From: Chthoniobacteraceae bacterium
GTDB lineage: Bacteria > Verrucomicrobiota > Verrucomicrobiia > Chthoniobacterales > Chthoniobacteraceae
Length of the DNA: 64,000 bases
Reading direction: 5' to 3'
Assembly: GCA_031409655.1 (NCBI GenBank)
Contig: JANNXQ010000273.1
Location: forward strand, 29,766 to 93,765
Both the position numbers and the translations under genes were made by a program. The notes beneath the pieces are model-generated. The model was not told the DNA's origin. It did not search any database and saw only the letters and a list, made by a program, of their open reading frames with translations. Shown piece by piece: positions 1 through 9,838 of the stretch (position 1 is its first letter; each line of letters opens with the position of its first letter).

Positions 1-1764
1 ATCGGCGCGGCGCTCGTTTCCATCGGGCAGCGCGGGTGGCTCATCGAACCGCAGGGGAACTACGGGAACACGCTCACTGGCGACGATGCGGCCGCACCGC
101 GATACATCGAGGCGCGGCTCACCGCCTTCGCGAAGGACGTGCTTTTCAATCCGAAGACGACGGCGTGGCAGCTCAGCTACGACGGGCGCAACAAGGAGCC
201 GATCACGCTGCCGGCGAAATTTCCCATCGTCCTGCTCGAAGGCGCGGACGGGATCGCGGTCGGCCTCTCGACGAAGATTCTGCCGCACAATTTTAACGAT
301 CTCTGCCGCGCGGCAATCAATCATTTGCAGGGGAAAAATTTCCGCATCCTCCCCGACTTCCCGACTGGCGGCACCGCGGATTTTTCCGAATACAACGACG
401 GCGAGCGCGGCGGCAAGGTGAAGGTGCGCGCCCAGATCGAGGTGCGTTCGAAATACCTGCTCGCGGTCACCGAGTTGCCGTATGGCGTGACGACCGAGTC
501 CCTCATCGAATCCGTGCTCGCGGCGAATGCGAAGGGCAAGATCAAGGTCAAGCATGTGGACGACAACACCGCAGACAAGGTCGAGATCCTCATCCATCTG
601 CCGCCGGGCGCGGAGCCGGAGAAAGTCATCCAGCAGCTCTACGTCTTCACGAGTTGCCAGGTGCAGCTCAACCCTGCCGCGTGCGTCATCGTGCGCAACC
701 CGGAGACGGGCGAGGACAAGCCGCATTTCCTCGGTGTACGCGACCTCCTCAAGACCAGCGCCGAGGCGACCAAGGCGCTGCTCAAGCGCGAACTCGAGAT
801 CAAACTCGGCGAACTCGAGCAGCAGTGGCATTGGGATTCCCTGGAGCGCATTTTCATCGAGGAGCGCATCTACCGGAACATCGAGAAATCGAAGACCTGG
901 GAGAGCGTGCTCGCGGAAATCCGCACGGGCCTGAAGCCTTTCCTCCAGCAACTCCGCCGCGAGGTGACTGAAGAAGACATCGTGCGCCTCACCGAGATCC
1001 GGATCAAACGCATCTCCGCCTACAATCGCTTTCAGGCCGACGAGGCCATGAAGAAAATCGAGCAAGGCATGAAGGACACAAAGGCGAACCTGAAGAACCT
1101 CACCGCTTACGCCATCGCATGGTTCGAGATGCTCCAGGAAAAATACGGCAAGGGCATCAAGCGCCGCACGAGCTACGACGAGATCGCGCAGATCGATGCT
1201 TCCGCCGTCGTCTCCGCCAATCAGCGCCTCTACGTCAACCGCACCGACGGCTTCATCGGCCTCAACTGGCGCCAGCACGAATTCGTCACCGAATGCACCA
1301 TTCTCGATAGCGTCCTGACCATCATGAAGGACGGCTCGCTCAAAGTCGCAAAAGTCGCCGACAAGATTTTCATGGGCCGCGAAATCCTGCACCTCGCCAT
1401 CTGGCCGAAAGACGGCGATCCAAACTTTTACACGATGGTCTATCAGGACGGCGCAACCGGGAAGGCCTTCGCCAAGAAATTCCAAATCGGCGGCCTCTCC
1501 CGCGACAAGCTCTACCAACTCGGGAAGAGCGAAAACTCGCGCATCATCTACCTGCACATCGCGGCCACGGAAAAGGCGATGCCCGGGACGCTCCACGTCG
1601 CGCTGGATGGCCGCAGCGGCGCGCGGGTCCGTGAGTTGGATGTCGATCTGACTTCGGTGCCCGTGAGCAGCCGCACGGCGAAAGGCGTCACGGTCACCAA
1701 GTGGGCGATCAAAGAAGTGAAGGCCAGCGACTCATCACCACCGCGGACGCGCACCAGGAAATGA
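1..1764 (+). CDS. parC: DNA topoisomerase IV/gyrase subunit A (5'-truncated by window edge)
   Basis: Frame open from base 1: PQGNYGNTLTGDDAAAPRYIEARL (catalytic Tyr motif), GIAVGLSTKILPHN, PDFPTGG. Short C-terminus without a GyrA-box favours ParC. Confidence 0.85.
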   Translation: MGAALVSIGQRGWLIEPQGNYGNTLTGDDAAAPRYIEARLTAFAKDVLFNPKTTAWQLSYDGRNKEPITLPAKFPIVLLEGADGIAVGLSTKILPHNFNDLCRAAINHLQGKNFRILPDFPTGGTADFSEYNDGERGGKVKVRAQIEVRSKYLLAVTELPYGVTTESLIESVLAANAKGKIKVKHVDDNTADKVEILIHLPPGAEPEKVIQQLYVFTSCQVQLNPAACVIVRNPETGEDKPHFLGVRDLLKTSAEATKALLKRELEIKLGELEQQWHWDSLERIFIEERIYRNIEKSKTWESVLAEIRTGLKPFLQQLRREVTEEDIVRLTEIRIKRISAYNRFQADEAMKKIEQGMKDTKANLKNLTAYAIAWFEMLQEKYGKGIKRRTSYDEIAQIDASAVVSANQRLYVNRTDGFIGLNWRQHEFVTECTILDSVLTIMKDGSLKVAKVADKIFMGREILHLAIWPKDGDPNFYTMVYQDGATGKAFAKKFQIGGLSRDKLYQLGKSENSRIIYLHIAATEKAMPGTLHVALDGRSGARVRELDVDLTSVPVSSRTAKGVTVTKWAIKEVKASDSSPPRTRTRK

Positions 1765-1834
1765 TGGCCAGAGCCGCGCATCTCGTCACGTCGGCGACCT
1801 CACTCCAGCACTGGCCTGGGCAGGCCGAACGGGC

Positions 1835-2407
1835 TCAGTCCTTGAATGAACACTCCTGGCGCAGGCTCTTGGTCAGCATTCGCCCGTAGGTCTTGAGGGG
1901 GATTTCGCGGGCGCCAAATTGCCGCAGATGCGGGGTCGTCCATTGCGTATCGAGCAGGGAGTAGCCGCGTTCGCGCAAACGCACGACCAGCGCGTGGAGC
2001 GCGACCTTGGAGGCATCCGTGATTTCGTGAAACATCGACTCGCCGAAAAAGGCCCCGCCGATCGAGACCCCGTAGAGTCCGCCAGCCAGCGCGCCGGCGC
2101 GCCATGCCTCCACGGAATGCGCAAAGCCGAGGCGGTGCAGATTCACGTAGCTGGCAATGATCTCTTCATTGATCCAGGTCTCGTCGCGTTCCGCGCACTT
2201 TCGCATGACGGTCTCGAAGCCCGCGTCGATGCGGATTTCAAACTCCGCCTTTTTCAGCACGCGCCGCAACCCGTGGGGAACGTGAAATTCCTCCAGTGGG
2301 ATGATCGCGCGCGGATCGGGCGAGAACCAGCCGATCTCCCCGTCTGGCATGGCCATCGGGAAGGCGGCTTGGGCGTAGGCGTTGAGGAGGAGTTCCGCGT
2401 CGATCAC
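1835..2407 (-). CDS. aat: Leucyl/phenylalanyl-tRNA--protein transferase
   Basis: LLNAYAQAAFPM, WFSPDPRAII, AHSVEAW, GGLYGVSIGGAFFGESMF, DASKVAL, LLDTQW. GTG start at 2407 inferred. Confidence 0.93.
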   Translation of the reverse strand: MIDAELLLNAYAQAAFPMAMPDGEIGWFSPDPRAIIPLEEFHVPHGLRRVLKKAEFEIRIDAGFETVMRKCAERDETWINEEIIASYVNLHRLGFAHSVEAWRAGALAGGLYGVSIGGAFFGESMFHEITDASKVALHALVVRLRERGYSLLDTQWTTPHLRQFGAREIPLKTYGRMLTKSLRQECSFKD

Positions 2408-2503
2408 TGGTGGTTGGGAATGAGGCGAGGGGCCATTGAGGTGCCGTATCTCATGGCACTTTCCCCTTTCACTTGTCACTCCTTCCGCCGTATCACGGAG
2501 GGC

Positions 2504-2683
2504 ATGAAAATATCCTTTGCGATGATCCTGGTGGCCGCTGCGGCCTTTGCTTCGGCGGGATGCGAGACGGACGTGGCGCCCGCGCCGCCCAAACCGCAGC
2601 TCGGTCGCGTACCCGGACAGATCGTGCAACCAGACCGCTCCGAAGATCCCGTCATCCGCGAGAATACCCGCGTCGGCTACTAG
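2504..2683 (+). CDS. Small putative lipoprotein (59 aa)
   Basis: [20 protein letters not shown]: basic N-terminus, hydrophobic core, lipobox-like SAGC. Fills the gap directly before guaA. Confidence 0.6.
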   Translation: MKISFAMILVAAAAFASAGCETDVAPAPPKPQLGRVPGQIVQPDRSEDPVIRENTRVGY

Positions 2684-2696
2684 GATGGCCGGCCCG

Positions 2697-4262
2697 ATGG
2701 TTTCCAAGATCGTCATCCTCGACTTCGGCTCGCAGTACACGCAGGTCATCGCCCGGCGGGTGCGCGAGTTTCAGGTCTATTCGCACATCATCCCGCACAA
2801 CACTCCGGCGGAGGAAATCCGCACGCTGGAGCCGAGCGGGATCATTCTCAGCGGCAGTCCCTGCAGCGTGTACCAGAAGGATGCGCCGCATCCGGATCTC
2901 GGCGTCTTCGCCCTTGGCGTACCCATCCTCGGCATCTGCTACGGTATGCAGCTCATGGGCCATCATCTCGGCGGCAAAGTGGAGCACAGCGATCGCCGGG
3001 AGTACGGCAGTGGCTTACTCCATGTGAAAGACTCCGCGTGTGCGCTTTTCCAGGCCCTGCCCGAGCAACTCGACATCTGGAATAGTCACGGCGACAAACT
3101 CACAAAACTCCCGCGCGGCTTCCGCACGGTGGCGGTCACGGACAACTCGCCATTCGCCGCCATCGAGCATCCGAAGAAGAAATTCTACGGCCTGCAATTT
3201 CACCCCGAGGTGGTCCACAGCCCCCGCGGCAAGGAGCTGCTCGCAAATTTCGTGTACGAGATCTGCGGCTGCAAAATGGATTGGACGATGGGCAGCTTCA
3301 TCGACCAGACCTGCGCGCAAGTGCGCGCGCAGGTGGGCAAGGATCATGTGATCCTCGGACTCAGCGGCGGCGTGGATTCCAGCGTCGCGGCGGCCCTCCT
3401 GCACAAGGCCATCGGCGACCAACTCACCTGCGTCTTTGTCAATAATGGGCTGCTGCGCGAGAACGAGGCCGGCGCGGTGCAGCGTCTTTTTGGCGATCAC
3501 TTCCACATGAAGCTGAAGTATGTGGATGCGAGCACACGCTTCCTCAAAAAACTGAAGGGCGTCACTGATCCCGAGAAAAAGCGCAAGATCATCGGCGTGG
3601 AGTTTGTCCGGGTCTTTGAGGACGCGGTGAAATCGCTGACGAAAGGATCGGGTCCATCCGCGCCGAAGTACAAGTTCCTCGCGCAAGGGACACTTTATCC
3701 GGACGTGATCGAGAGCGTGGCCATCGCGGGAAATCCGGCGGCACTCATCAAGAGCCATCACAATGTCGGCGGCTTGCCGAAGAACATGAAGTTCAAGCTC
3801 GTGGAGCCGCTCCGGCAGCTTTTCAAAGACGAGGTCCGCGAAGTGGGCGCCCAGCTCGGCCTGCCGAAAGAGATCGTGCAGCGCCAGCCCTTCCCCGGTC
3901 CCGGACTCGCGGTGCGCATCCTCGGCGCGCTCAGCCCGGACAATCTCCGCATACTGCGGGAAGCGGACGCCATCGTCGTGAGCGAGATGAAGGCGAGCGA
4001 TTGGTACTATCGCGTGTGGCAGAGCTTCGCCGTGCTGCTGCCGGTGCGTAGCGTCGGCGTCATGGGCGACGAGCGGACTTATGCCCAGACCATCGCGCTC
4101 CGCGTCGTGGAAAGTCAGGACGGCATGACCGCGGATTGGGTGCGGCTGCCCTACGACCTCCTGGCCAAAATCTCCACGCGCATCATCAATGAAGTGAAGG
4201 GCGTGAACCGCGTCGTTTTCGACATCAGCTCGAAGCCGCCGGCGACGATCGAGTGGGAGTGA
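2697..4262 (+). CDS. guaA: GMP synthase (glutamine-hydrolysing)
   Basis: [65 protein letters not shown]. Alternative start at 2685. Confidence 0.98.
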   Translation: MVSKIVILDFGSQYTQVIARRVREFQVYSHIIPHNTPAEEIRTLEPSGIILSGSPCSVYQKDAPHPDLGVFALGVPILGICYGMQLMGHHLGGKVEHSDRREYGSGLLHVKDSACALFQALPEQLDIWNSHGDKLTKLPRGFRTVAVTDNSPFAAIEHPKKKFYGLQFHPEVVHSPRGKELLANFVYEICGCKMDWTMGSFIDQTCAQVRAQVGKDHVILGLSGGVDSSVAAALLHKAIGDQLTCVFVNNGLLRENEAGAVQRLFGDHFHMKLKYVDASTRFLKKLKGVTDPEKKRKIIGVEFVRVFEDAVKSLTKGSGPSAPKYKFLAQGTLYPDVIESVAIAGNPAALIKSHHNVGGLPKNMKFKLVEPLRQLFKDEVREVGAQLGLPKEIVQRQPFPGPGLAVRILGALSPDNLRILREADAIVVSEMKASDWYYRVWQSFAVLLPVRSVGVMGDERTYAQTIALRVVESQDGMTADWVRLPYDLLAKISTRIINEVKGVNRVVFDISSKPPATIEWE

Positions 4263-4312
4263 GCGGAGGGGCTTCGTCCTCGTCCTCGAACCGCAAGCTG
4301 GCGAGCTTTCCC

Positions 4313-4341
4313 TTGACCCGGCACCGGGCCGCTCCTAGTAA
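4313..4341 (+). promoter_or_regulatory. Putative sigma-70 promoter for tRNA-Pro
   Basis: TTGACC-17 bp-TAGTAA ending 13 bp before the tRNA 5' end. Confidence 0.45.
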
Positions 4342-4354
4342 TCGCGTCGTGAAT

Positions 4355-4431
4355 CGGGCTGTGGCTCAGCTTGGTAGAGCGCCTGTCTCGGGTGCAGGAG
4401 GCCGCGGGTTCGAATCCCGCCAGCCCGACCA
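4355..4431 (+). tRNA. tRNA-Pro(CGG)
   Basis: Cloverleaf: acceptor CGGGCTG/CAGCCCG, D arm GCTC/GAGC, anticodon stem CCTGT/GCAGG with loop CT-CGG-GT, T arm GCGGG-TTCGAAT-CCCGC, encoded CCA. Confidence 0.96.
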
Positions 4432-4512
4432 CTTTCACGGGAAAGTGGGCGATGAAAAACAAGCTCGGAGGGGGATAACGGCTTTCCGACTCAGGGGGCG
4501 TCTAAAAGGTCC

Positions 4513-4568
4513 GCTTCTTCCTCTTAATCTTCCTCCCGCTGAGTGAGAATAAGGAAGAGGAAGAAGCA
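4513..4568. repeat. Hexamer-based imperfect palindrome; may act as terminator between the tRNA and the convergent cyclophilin gene
   Basis: GCTTCTTCCTCTT...AAGGAAGAGGAAGAAGC. 21 bp (TCTTCCTCTTAATCTTCCTCC) recur identically at 63821-63841. Confidence 0.6.
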
Positions 4569-4577
4569 GACACCCTC

Positions 4578-7499
4578 TCAGGGAATCTCGACCCGTAGCA
4601 AGGCCTGGCTCTTGTCGGCAAAGCTCGCGAGCAGCGCGATGGAACCCGTGGAGTTGAAGCTGCGCGATGTGCCGAAAACGCCTGGTGCGGCATTGAGGAG
4701 GGTCATCGCGGTGAGTGCGGAACCGGATGGACCGCGGGGTTCCGAAGTGCGCAGGAGTCGACGGAGCGTGCCGAGCGAATCCACGGCCCAGAGCCCGAGT
4801 CGGTTCTTCGCGTTCGTGTCGCCACCGCTGGTCTCGGCGAGGAAAACGACGCCTGCGCTCGGACCGCCCGGCAGTGCATGGCTGACGAATTTGCTCCACC
4901 CTGCCTCCGTGAGGACGCCGTCCGAGTCAGGCACCGGAGCGCCAAGGCGCGCGACGAGCTGCGGCCCAGTGGGAAGTCCGGCGAAAAGCGCCGTCTTATT
5001 GCCCGCACTGACCGCGGTGCCCTTGAGCGTGGCGAGAAAGGCGACGCGGCCGCCATCATTGACCACCGGATCGAAGAAGGTGGCGTAGGTCTGGCCGGAC
5101 TGTGCCACCGCGGCTTGGACGTTTTCGCGCGCGACGATGCTCCACGCGTTCCCATCGGTGCTGAAGAGCAGCGCGGCATCGTCCACGGTGGAGATGCCGC
5201 CGAGCTTCGGCTGGAGGGAGGCGGAGACCACGCAGCCCGCGCCTTCGCCGCCGATGGCCGGAAGCCCGAATGACTTCCAGCGCGCGCCGAGCGTGACGGG
5301 CGTCGCCTCGAGCGCCGTGGAAAGGAGCTGCGTCACGGTGCCATCGGGCGCGATTTTCACCACAAGGGTCCGCGCGTCCAGGAGCGTTACTTTCGCGACG
5401 ACGACGCCATCCGCCTGCGAGCGACCGTGACCCGGCGAACCGAGCGCCGGGCTCAGCACGCTGATGGTTTTGATCTTCGAGCCCGGAAAGCCGTTGAGTT
5501 CGCTGCCTTCGCGCAGCAATACGGTGGCCGCACTCGCGCTCGTCATCAGGAGCAAGACGGAGTCGTTAGCCGCGGTCACCAGGCCACGCGCCGCGCAGAG
5601 GCTCAGGAGCGCGAGCACTTCGCCATCGCGCACGGAGAGACTCGCCACCGCTTTGAGCTTCGCCCCCGTGGGCAGGCCCGGCACCTCGCTGCCCTCGCGC
5701 AGCGCGAGTTCCAGCGTGGCCCCGAAAGCATCTGTCCAGACGCCAGTGTCCGCCGAGGTCTTGACGCCCCCACCCTGCAACGTCCCGGCGAAAGCGACGG
5801 CCCCACCGGGCGCGATCACGGGATCGAGGAAGCTCTTGAAGGTCGTGCCCGCGGTCGAGATTCCGGGTGCCGCGCCGCCCTGGTAAGCCACCAAAGTCTG
5901 CACCCCACCATTTTCAAGAATGATGCCGGCGAGCGACCTGCGACCGGCCAGCAGTGACACCCGTGCCGCCAGCTTGCGCACATCGCTCAGGGCCGGAGGA
6001 CCGAATGTCTTGATGATGGCTTCCGCGGGGAGCGTCCCAGTCCCGGCACCGGGTGCAGCTTCGCCGCTCTTCAGGCGCTCCGTCACCATCGTGGCGATGG
6101 GTCGGAGGAAGGCCACCGTCACCAGGAAAGTTTGCGTGCCCGTGTTGTTCGCGGCGTCCCTGGCCGTCACCGTCACCGTCGTCGTCCCGACCGGAAAGTT
6201 CGTCCCGCTCTCTTTTGAGTACGTCACGCTCGCCACGCCCACCGCATCCGAAACCGTAGCCACGGGATAGTCCACCACTGCGCCCGCCGTGCTCGTTGCA
6301 TCCACCAACTGATTCCCCGGCGGCGTCACCACCGGCGCCGTCGTGTCGCGCACCCGCACGACGAAGCTCCCGGAAACCTGCGCCCCACTCGTTTCCGTGG
6401 CGCTCGCGTTCACCGTCGTCTCTCCGATTGCAAAGCTGCTCCCGTTCGCTGGCGTCACCGTCGGAGTGAGCGCGCCCCCCTGGCCATCGGCCGCCGTCAC
6501 GGTGAATTCCACAACGGCCCCCGCACTTGACGTGGCCTCCCGGATCACCGGCGATCCGGGCAAGGTCAGCGTCGGTAGCGCGTTAGCTGACACGCGGAAA
6601 GTATCCTGCACGGCGTTCCCGTTACTGTCGGTGGCCGTCACCGTCAGGTCTGCGAATCCGGACTGCCCGGCGCTTATGGCAAGGTTCAGGGCACTCCCGG
6701 AAACGGTCGCCGCGACCAACGCCGGATTCGTGTTCGTCGCCGAGAAAGTGACGACAGAATTCTGACCCGCCGTTGTAGGAAAAACGGGCACGGCCTCGGC
6801 CGCCGCCACATTGACAAAGTTCACGCGCAGCGGCAGGCCAATCCCTGAGTAGCCGATGACGGGCAAGGTCATAAATGCGCCGCCGAAGTTACCTGTGGGG
6901 AGCGCGGCAATCGCGTCAACAACAGTCATACCGCTACCTGTTACTCGGCCAAATACTGCATATCCGCCAGCGTTTGCAGCGCCGAGAGAGGTGGTGTTGT
7001 CGTCGGTGTTGATAAACCATTGGCTCGTGGCGCTGTTGAGCACATCAGTCCTAGCCATCGCGATCGTTCCCCGGACGTTTGGCAGATTGTACTCAAGAAC
7101 GATCGGGGGGTCGCTCGCGATTGAGCCGACAGTTGTCGGATTGTCTCCGGTCACTCTAAAGCCGCCCCCTTGAATGACGCCCAAGCCCTTGTCCGAGCGA
7201 TGGATGAAGGTATTCGCGTAACGCCCACCATTCACGTAGGTCAGGAAGTTTGGAACCGACACCGGCGCGGCCGCCGGAAGCATCTCCAAATTGTACATGC
7301 CCAGGCTCGTCCGGAACTGCACCACCTGCCCCACAATATCCGTGACCTCGAAGTGATCCCGCAGATCGATCGACGCCGACGGCATCCCCGGGGTGATTGC
7401 GGTATCTGGGAGCGGCGCCTTGATCGTCGGCAGATCAGTCGCGCGCAGCGGGCTCTGGATGGCGAGGGTCAGCGCGAGGATCGCTGGGAGGAAACGCAT
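4578..7499 (-). CDS. Secreted cyclophilin-type peptidyl-prolyl isomerase with HYR/Ig-like domains and C-terminal NxxGxxAF-type repeats
   Basis: Signal peptide MRFLPAILALTLA; FIHRS..VIQGGGF, RGTIAMART..NSATSQWFIN, GYAVFGRV; two HYR-like domains (DTTAPVV, FPVGTTTVTVTARDAANN); NDGGRVAF-like repeats. Confidence 0.85.
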   Translation of the reverse strand: MRFLPAILALTLAIQSPLRATDLPTIKAPLPDTAITPGMPSASIDLRDHFEVTDIVGQVVQFRTSLGMYNLEMLPAAAPVSVPNFLTYVNGGRYANTFIHRSDKGLGVIQGGGFRVTGDNPTTVGSIASDPPIVLEYNLPNVRGTIAMARTDVLNSATSQWFINTDDNTTSLGAANAGGYAVFGRVTGSGMTVVDAIAALPTGNFGGAFMTLPVIGYSGIGLPLRVNFVNVAAAEAVPVFPTTAGQNSVVTFSATNTNPALVAATVSGSALNLAISAGQSGFADLTVTATDSNGNAVQDTFRVSANALPTLTLPGSPVIREATSSAGAVVEFTVTAADGQGGALTPTVTPANGSSFAIGETTVNASATETSGAQVSGSFVVRVRDTTAPVVTPPGNQLVDATSTAGAVVDYPVATVSDAVGVASVTYSKESGTNFPVGTTTVTVTARDAANNTGTQTFLVTVAFLRPIATMVTERLKSGEAAPGAGTGTLPAEAIIKTFGPPALSDVRKLAARVSLLAGRRSLAGIILENGGVQTLVAYQGGAAPGISTAGTTFKSFLDPVIAPGGAVAFAGTLQGGGVKTSADTGVWTDAFGATLELALREGSEVPGLPTGAKLKAVASLSVRDGEVLALLSLCAARGLVTAANDSVLLLMTSASAATVLLREGSELNGFPGSKIKTISVLSPALGSPGHGRSQADGVVVAKVTLLDARTLVVKIAPDGTVTQLLSTALEATPVTLGARWKSFGLPAIGGEGAGCVVSASLQPKLGGISTVDDAALLFSTDGNAWSIVARENVQAAVAQSGQTYATFFDPVVNDGGRVAFLATLKGTAVSAGNKTALFAGLPTGPQLVARLGAPVPDSDGVLTEAGWSKFVSHALPGGPSAGVVFLAETSGGDTNAKNRLGLWAVDSLGTLRRLLRTSEPRGPSGSALTAMTLLNAAPGVFGTSRSFNSTGSIALLASFADKSQALLRVEIP

Positions 7500-7555
7500 C
7501 GGACCGATGATACACGAGAAGGGCTCAATCGCAACCGGGCCGAAGCGGAACGCCC

Positions 7556-8851
7556 TCACTGCGCTTCCAAGCGGAAAAAGGCGGCGTCACCTGGCGCGTT
7601 GAACTCGAACTCCAATCTTCCCTGCGCATTGATGACCGTGGACCCGCCAGAAACATTGAGCGGCAAGTCGCTGAAGCCATTACCCAGAGCAGTGGTCTGC
7701 TTCACCCCGATCGTCAGCTTAAAGCGGCCACTGGTCTGGCTTTTCTGAATGAGAGGCACTCCGACGTTTAGCGTTCGCACTTGAGCTGGGGTGAAGAGAC
7801 CGGCCCCACTCGCATTGGCATAGTAGTTAGTCACGAGCGCGGGTTGGCTGACTTGCCAATCAAACCCAAGCGGCGCCATCAAGCGTTCCGAAGCATCGTT
7901 TAATCCGTCCCCGTCAGTGTCGGCGGCGAAGCTCAACACGTTTAGCCGGAACGTCCGCTGGGCGGTGTTACCATTACTGTCCGTCGCGATCACCGTCAGA
8001 TCCGCAATCCCCGACTGCCCAGGCGCAGGGCCGAGAGTGAGCGTGCTTCCTCCGGCAGTCGCCGCGACGAGCGCGGGGTTGGTATTGGTAACTGAGAAAG
8101 TAACTACCGCATTCTGTCCGGTAGTAGTCGGAAACACGGGAACTTCTTGCGCTGCATTCACCGATACGAGATTCGCGACCACCACACCTCCAGTTCCCGC
8201 ATAGCCGGTGAGGGGCAATTGACCATACGGGCTGGCAAACGCGTACACCTGCAGCGCCTGGATCGCGTCCACCACGGCCATTCCGCTTCCCGTCACTCGT
8301 CCGAAGACTGCATAACCACCGCCATTGGCCACGCCCAAGGTCGTCGTGTTGTCGCGGGTATTGATAAACCACTGACTGGTCGCACTATTTAGCACGTTCG
8401 TCCGCGCCATGGAGATGGTTCCGCGCGCATTGGGAAGATTGTACTCCAACACGATTGGCGCGTTGGTCGCGATAGCACCCACTTGCAGCGGATTCCCACT
8501 AAGCACTCCGTAGCCACCTCCCTGGATGATCCCCAAGCCCTGATCCGACCGATGGACGAACGTACCCTCATACCGTCCCGCAGTCACATAGGTCCGGAAA
8601 TTTGCCACCGACACCGGAGCCGCAGCAGGGAGAAGCTCCAGATTATAAGTCCCCAAAGTCGTCGGGAACTGCACCACCGGTCCGACGATGCCGGTGACTT
8701 CAAAGTGGTTGCGAAGATCAATCGCTGGAATGGCTTCTCCCGGCGCGGTCGTGAGGTCCGGGAGCGCTGCCTTCACCGTCGGAAAATCGGACGCACGGAG
8801 CGGATTCAGCATGGCGAGGGTCAGCGCGAGGAGGGTAGGAAGAAATCGCAT
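7556..8851 (-). CDS. Secreted cyclophilin-type PPIase, tandem paralog with a different C-terminal domain
   Basis: Signal MRFLPTLLALTLA; FVHRS..IIQGGGY, RGTISMART..NSATSQWFIN, GYAVFGRV; DTDGDGLND motif; ends AFFRLEAQ. Confidence 0.85.
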   Translation of the reverse strand: MRFLPTLLALTLAMLNPLRASDFPTVKAALPDLTTAPGEAIPAIDLRNHFEVTGIVGPVVQFPTTLGTYNLELLPAAAPVSVANFRTYVTAGRYEGTFVHRSDQGLGIIQGGGYGVLSGNPLQVGAIATNAPIVLEYNLPNARGTISMARTNVLNSATSQWFINTRDNTTTLGVANGGGYAVFGRVTGSGMAVVDAIQALQVYAFASPYGQLPLTGYAGTGGVVVANLVSVNAAQEVPVFPTTTGQNAVVTFSVTNTNPALVAATAGGSTLTLGPAPGQSGIADLTVIATDSNGNTAQRTFRLNVLSFAADTDGDGLNDASERLMAPLGFDWQVSQPALVTNYYANASGAGLFTPAQVRTLNVGVPLIQKSQTSGRFKLTIGVKQTTALGNGFSDLPLNVSGGSTVINAQGRLEFEFNAPGDAAFFRLEAQ

Positions 8852-8948
8852 CCGTGCGATGATACGCAAAAAGGGGGGGGATCGCAACTGGGCAACCGTC
8901 AGCCTGCGCCAAGACTTGCCTGTCGCAATCGGGCGCCGAAACTCCGCC

Positions 8949-9659
8949 ATGCTCAATCCAGATGCCAAGATCGTCGTGCTCACCGGTGCGGGCATGTCCG
9001 CGGAATCCGGTGTGCCCACCTTTCGCGGCCAGGACGGACTCTGGGAAGGGCACCGGATCGAGGATGTCGCGACGCCGGCAGCCTTCGCCGCAAATCCCCG
9101 CCTCGTGCAGCAGTTTTACAATCTCCGCCGCGCCGCCTTGAAACGAGTGGAGCCCAATACCGGACATCACGCGCTCGCCCGGCTTGAGCAGGAGTGGCCT
9201 GGCGAGTGCCTCCTCGTGACGCAAAATGTGGACGACCTCCACGAACGCGCCGGCAGTGAGAAGCTCATCCACATGCATGGCGAATTGCGCAAAGTGCGCT
9301 GTAGCCATTGCCAGTCCGTCCATCCTTGGGGCGACGATCTTTCCACGGAAACGCCCTGCCCGGCCTGCGCAGCGACCGGCGCCATGCGTCCCCACATCGT
9401 GTGGTTTGGCGAGATCCCGTTCGAGATGGAGGCCATCGTCGAAGCGCTCACCACCTGCGACCTCTTCCTCTCCATCGGCACGAGCGGCGTGGTCTATCCG
9501 GCAGCCGGTTTCGCCATGATGGCCGCGACGCGCAAGAGCTGCCGCCTGATCGAACTGAACCTCGAAAGCACGGAGATCTCGCCCATCTTCGACGAACACC
9601 GCGTGGGACCAGTTTCTCGAACCCTGCCGACGCTAGTGGATTCATTGCTCGCCCTCTGA
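8949..9659 (+). CDS. cobB: NAD-dependent protein deacylase (sirtuin)
   Basis: VLTGAGMSAESGVPTFRG, TQNVDDLHERAG, HMHGEL, CxxC...CxxC, RPHIVWFGE, GTSGVVYPAAG. Confidence 0.95.
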   Translation: MLNPDAKIVVLTGAGMSAESGVPTFRGQDGLWEGHRIEDVATPAAFAANPRLVQQFYNLRRAALKRVEPNTGHHALARLEQEWPGECLLVTQNVDDLHERAGSEKLIHMHGELRKVRCSHCQSVHPWGDDLSTETPCPACAATGAMRPHIVWFGEIPFEMEAIVEALTTCDLFLSIGTSGVVYPAAGFAMMAATRKSCRLIELNLESTEISPIFDEHRVGPVSRTLPTLVDSLLAL

Positions 9660-9838
9660 CGAGTCCGGCGCCCCTCGCTGAGCAGCCGCGAACAGGATGA
9701 GGCGTGGCGTTTTCGAAAGTTTGAAAAAACGTCCTTGCTCGTCCCCACTGATTTTTCCCTCTGCGTGGAACGGCGCTTGATCCGCAGGGGGGCTAGCACT
9801 CAACTTTCTCCGCCCGCTTTTTACCGCCCTCCCCTTGT

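Noticed and set aside
4262..8900. Integrative element at guaA/tRNA-Pro
   Set aside because: Both are known integration targets, but I saw no integrase and no duplicated tRNA or guaA 3' end in the window.
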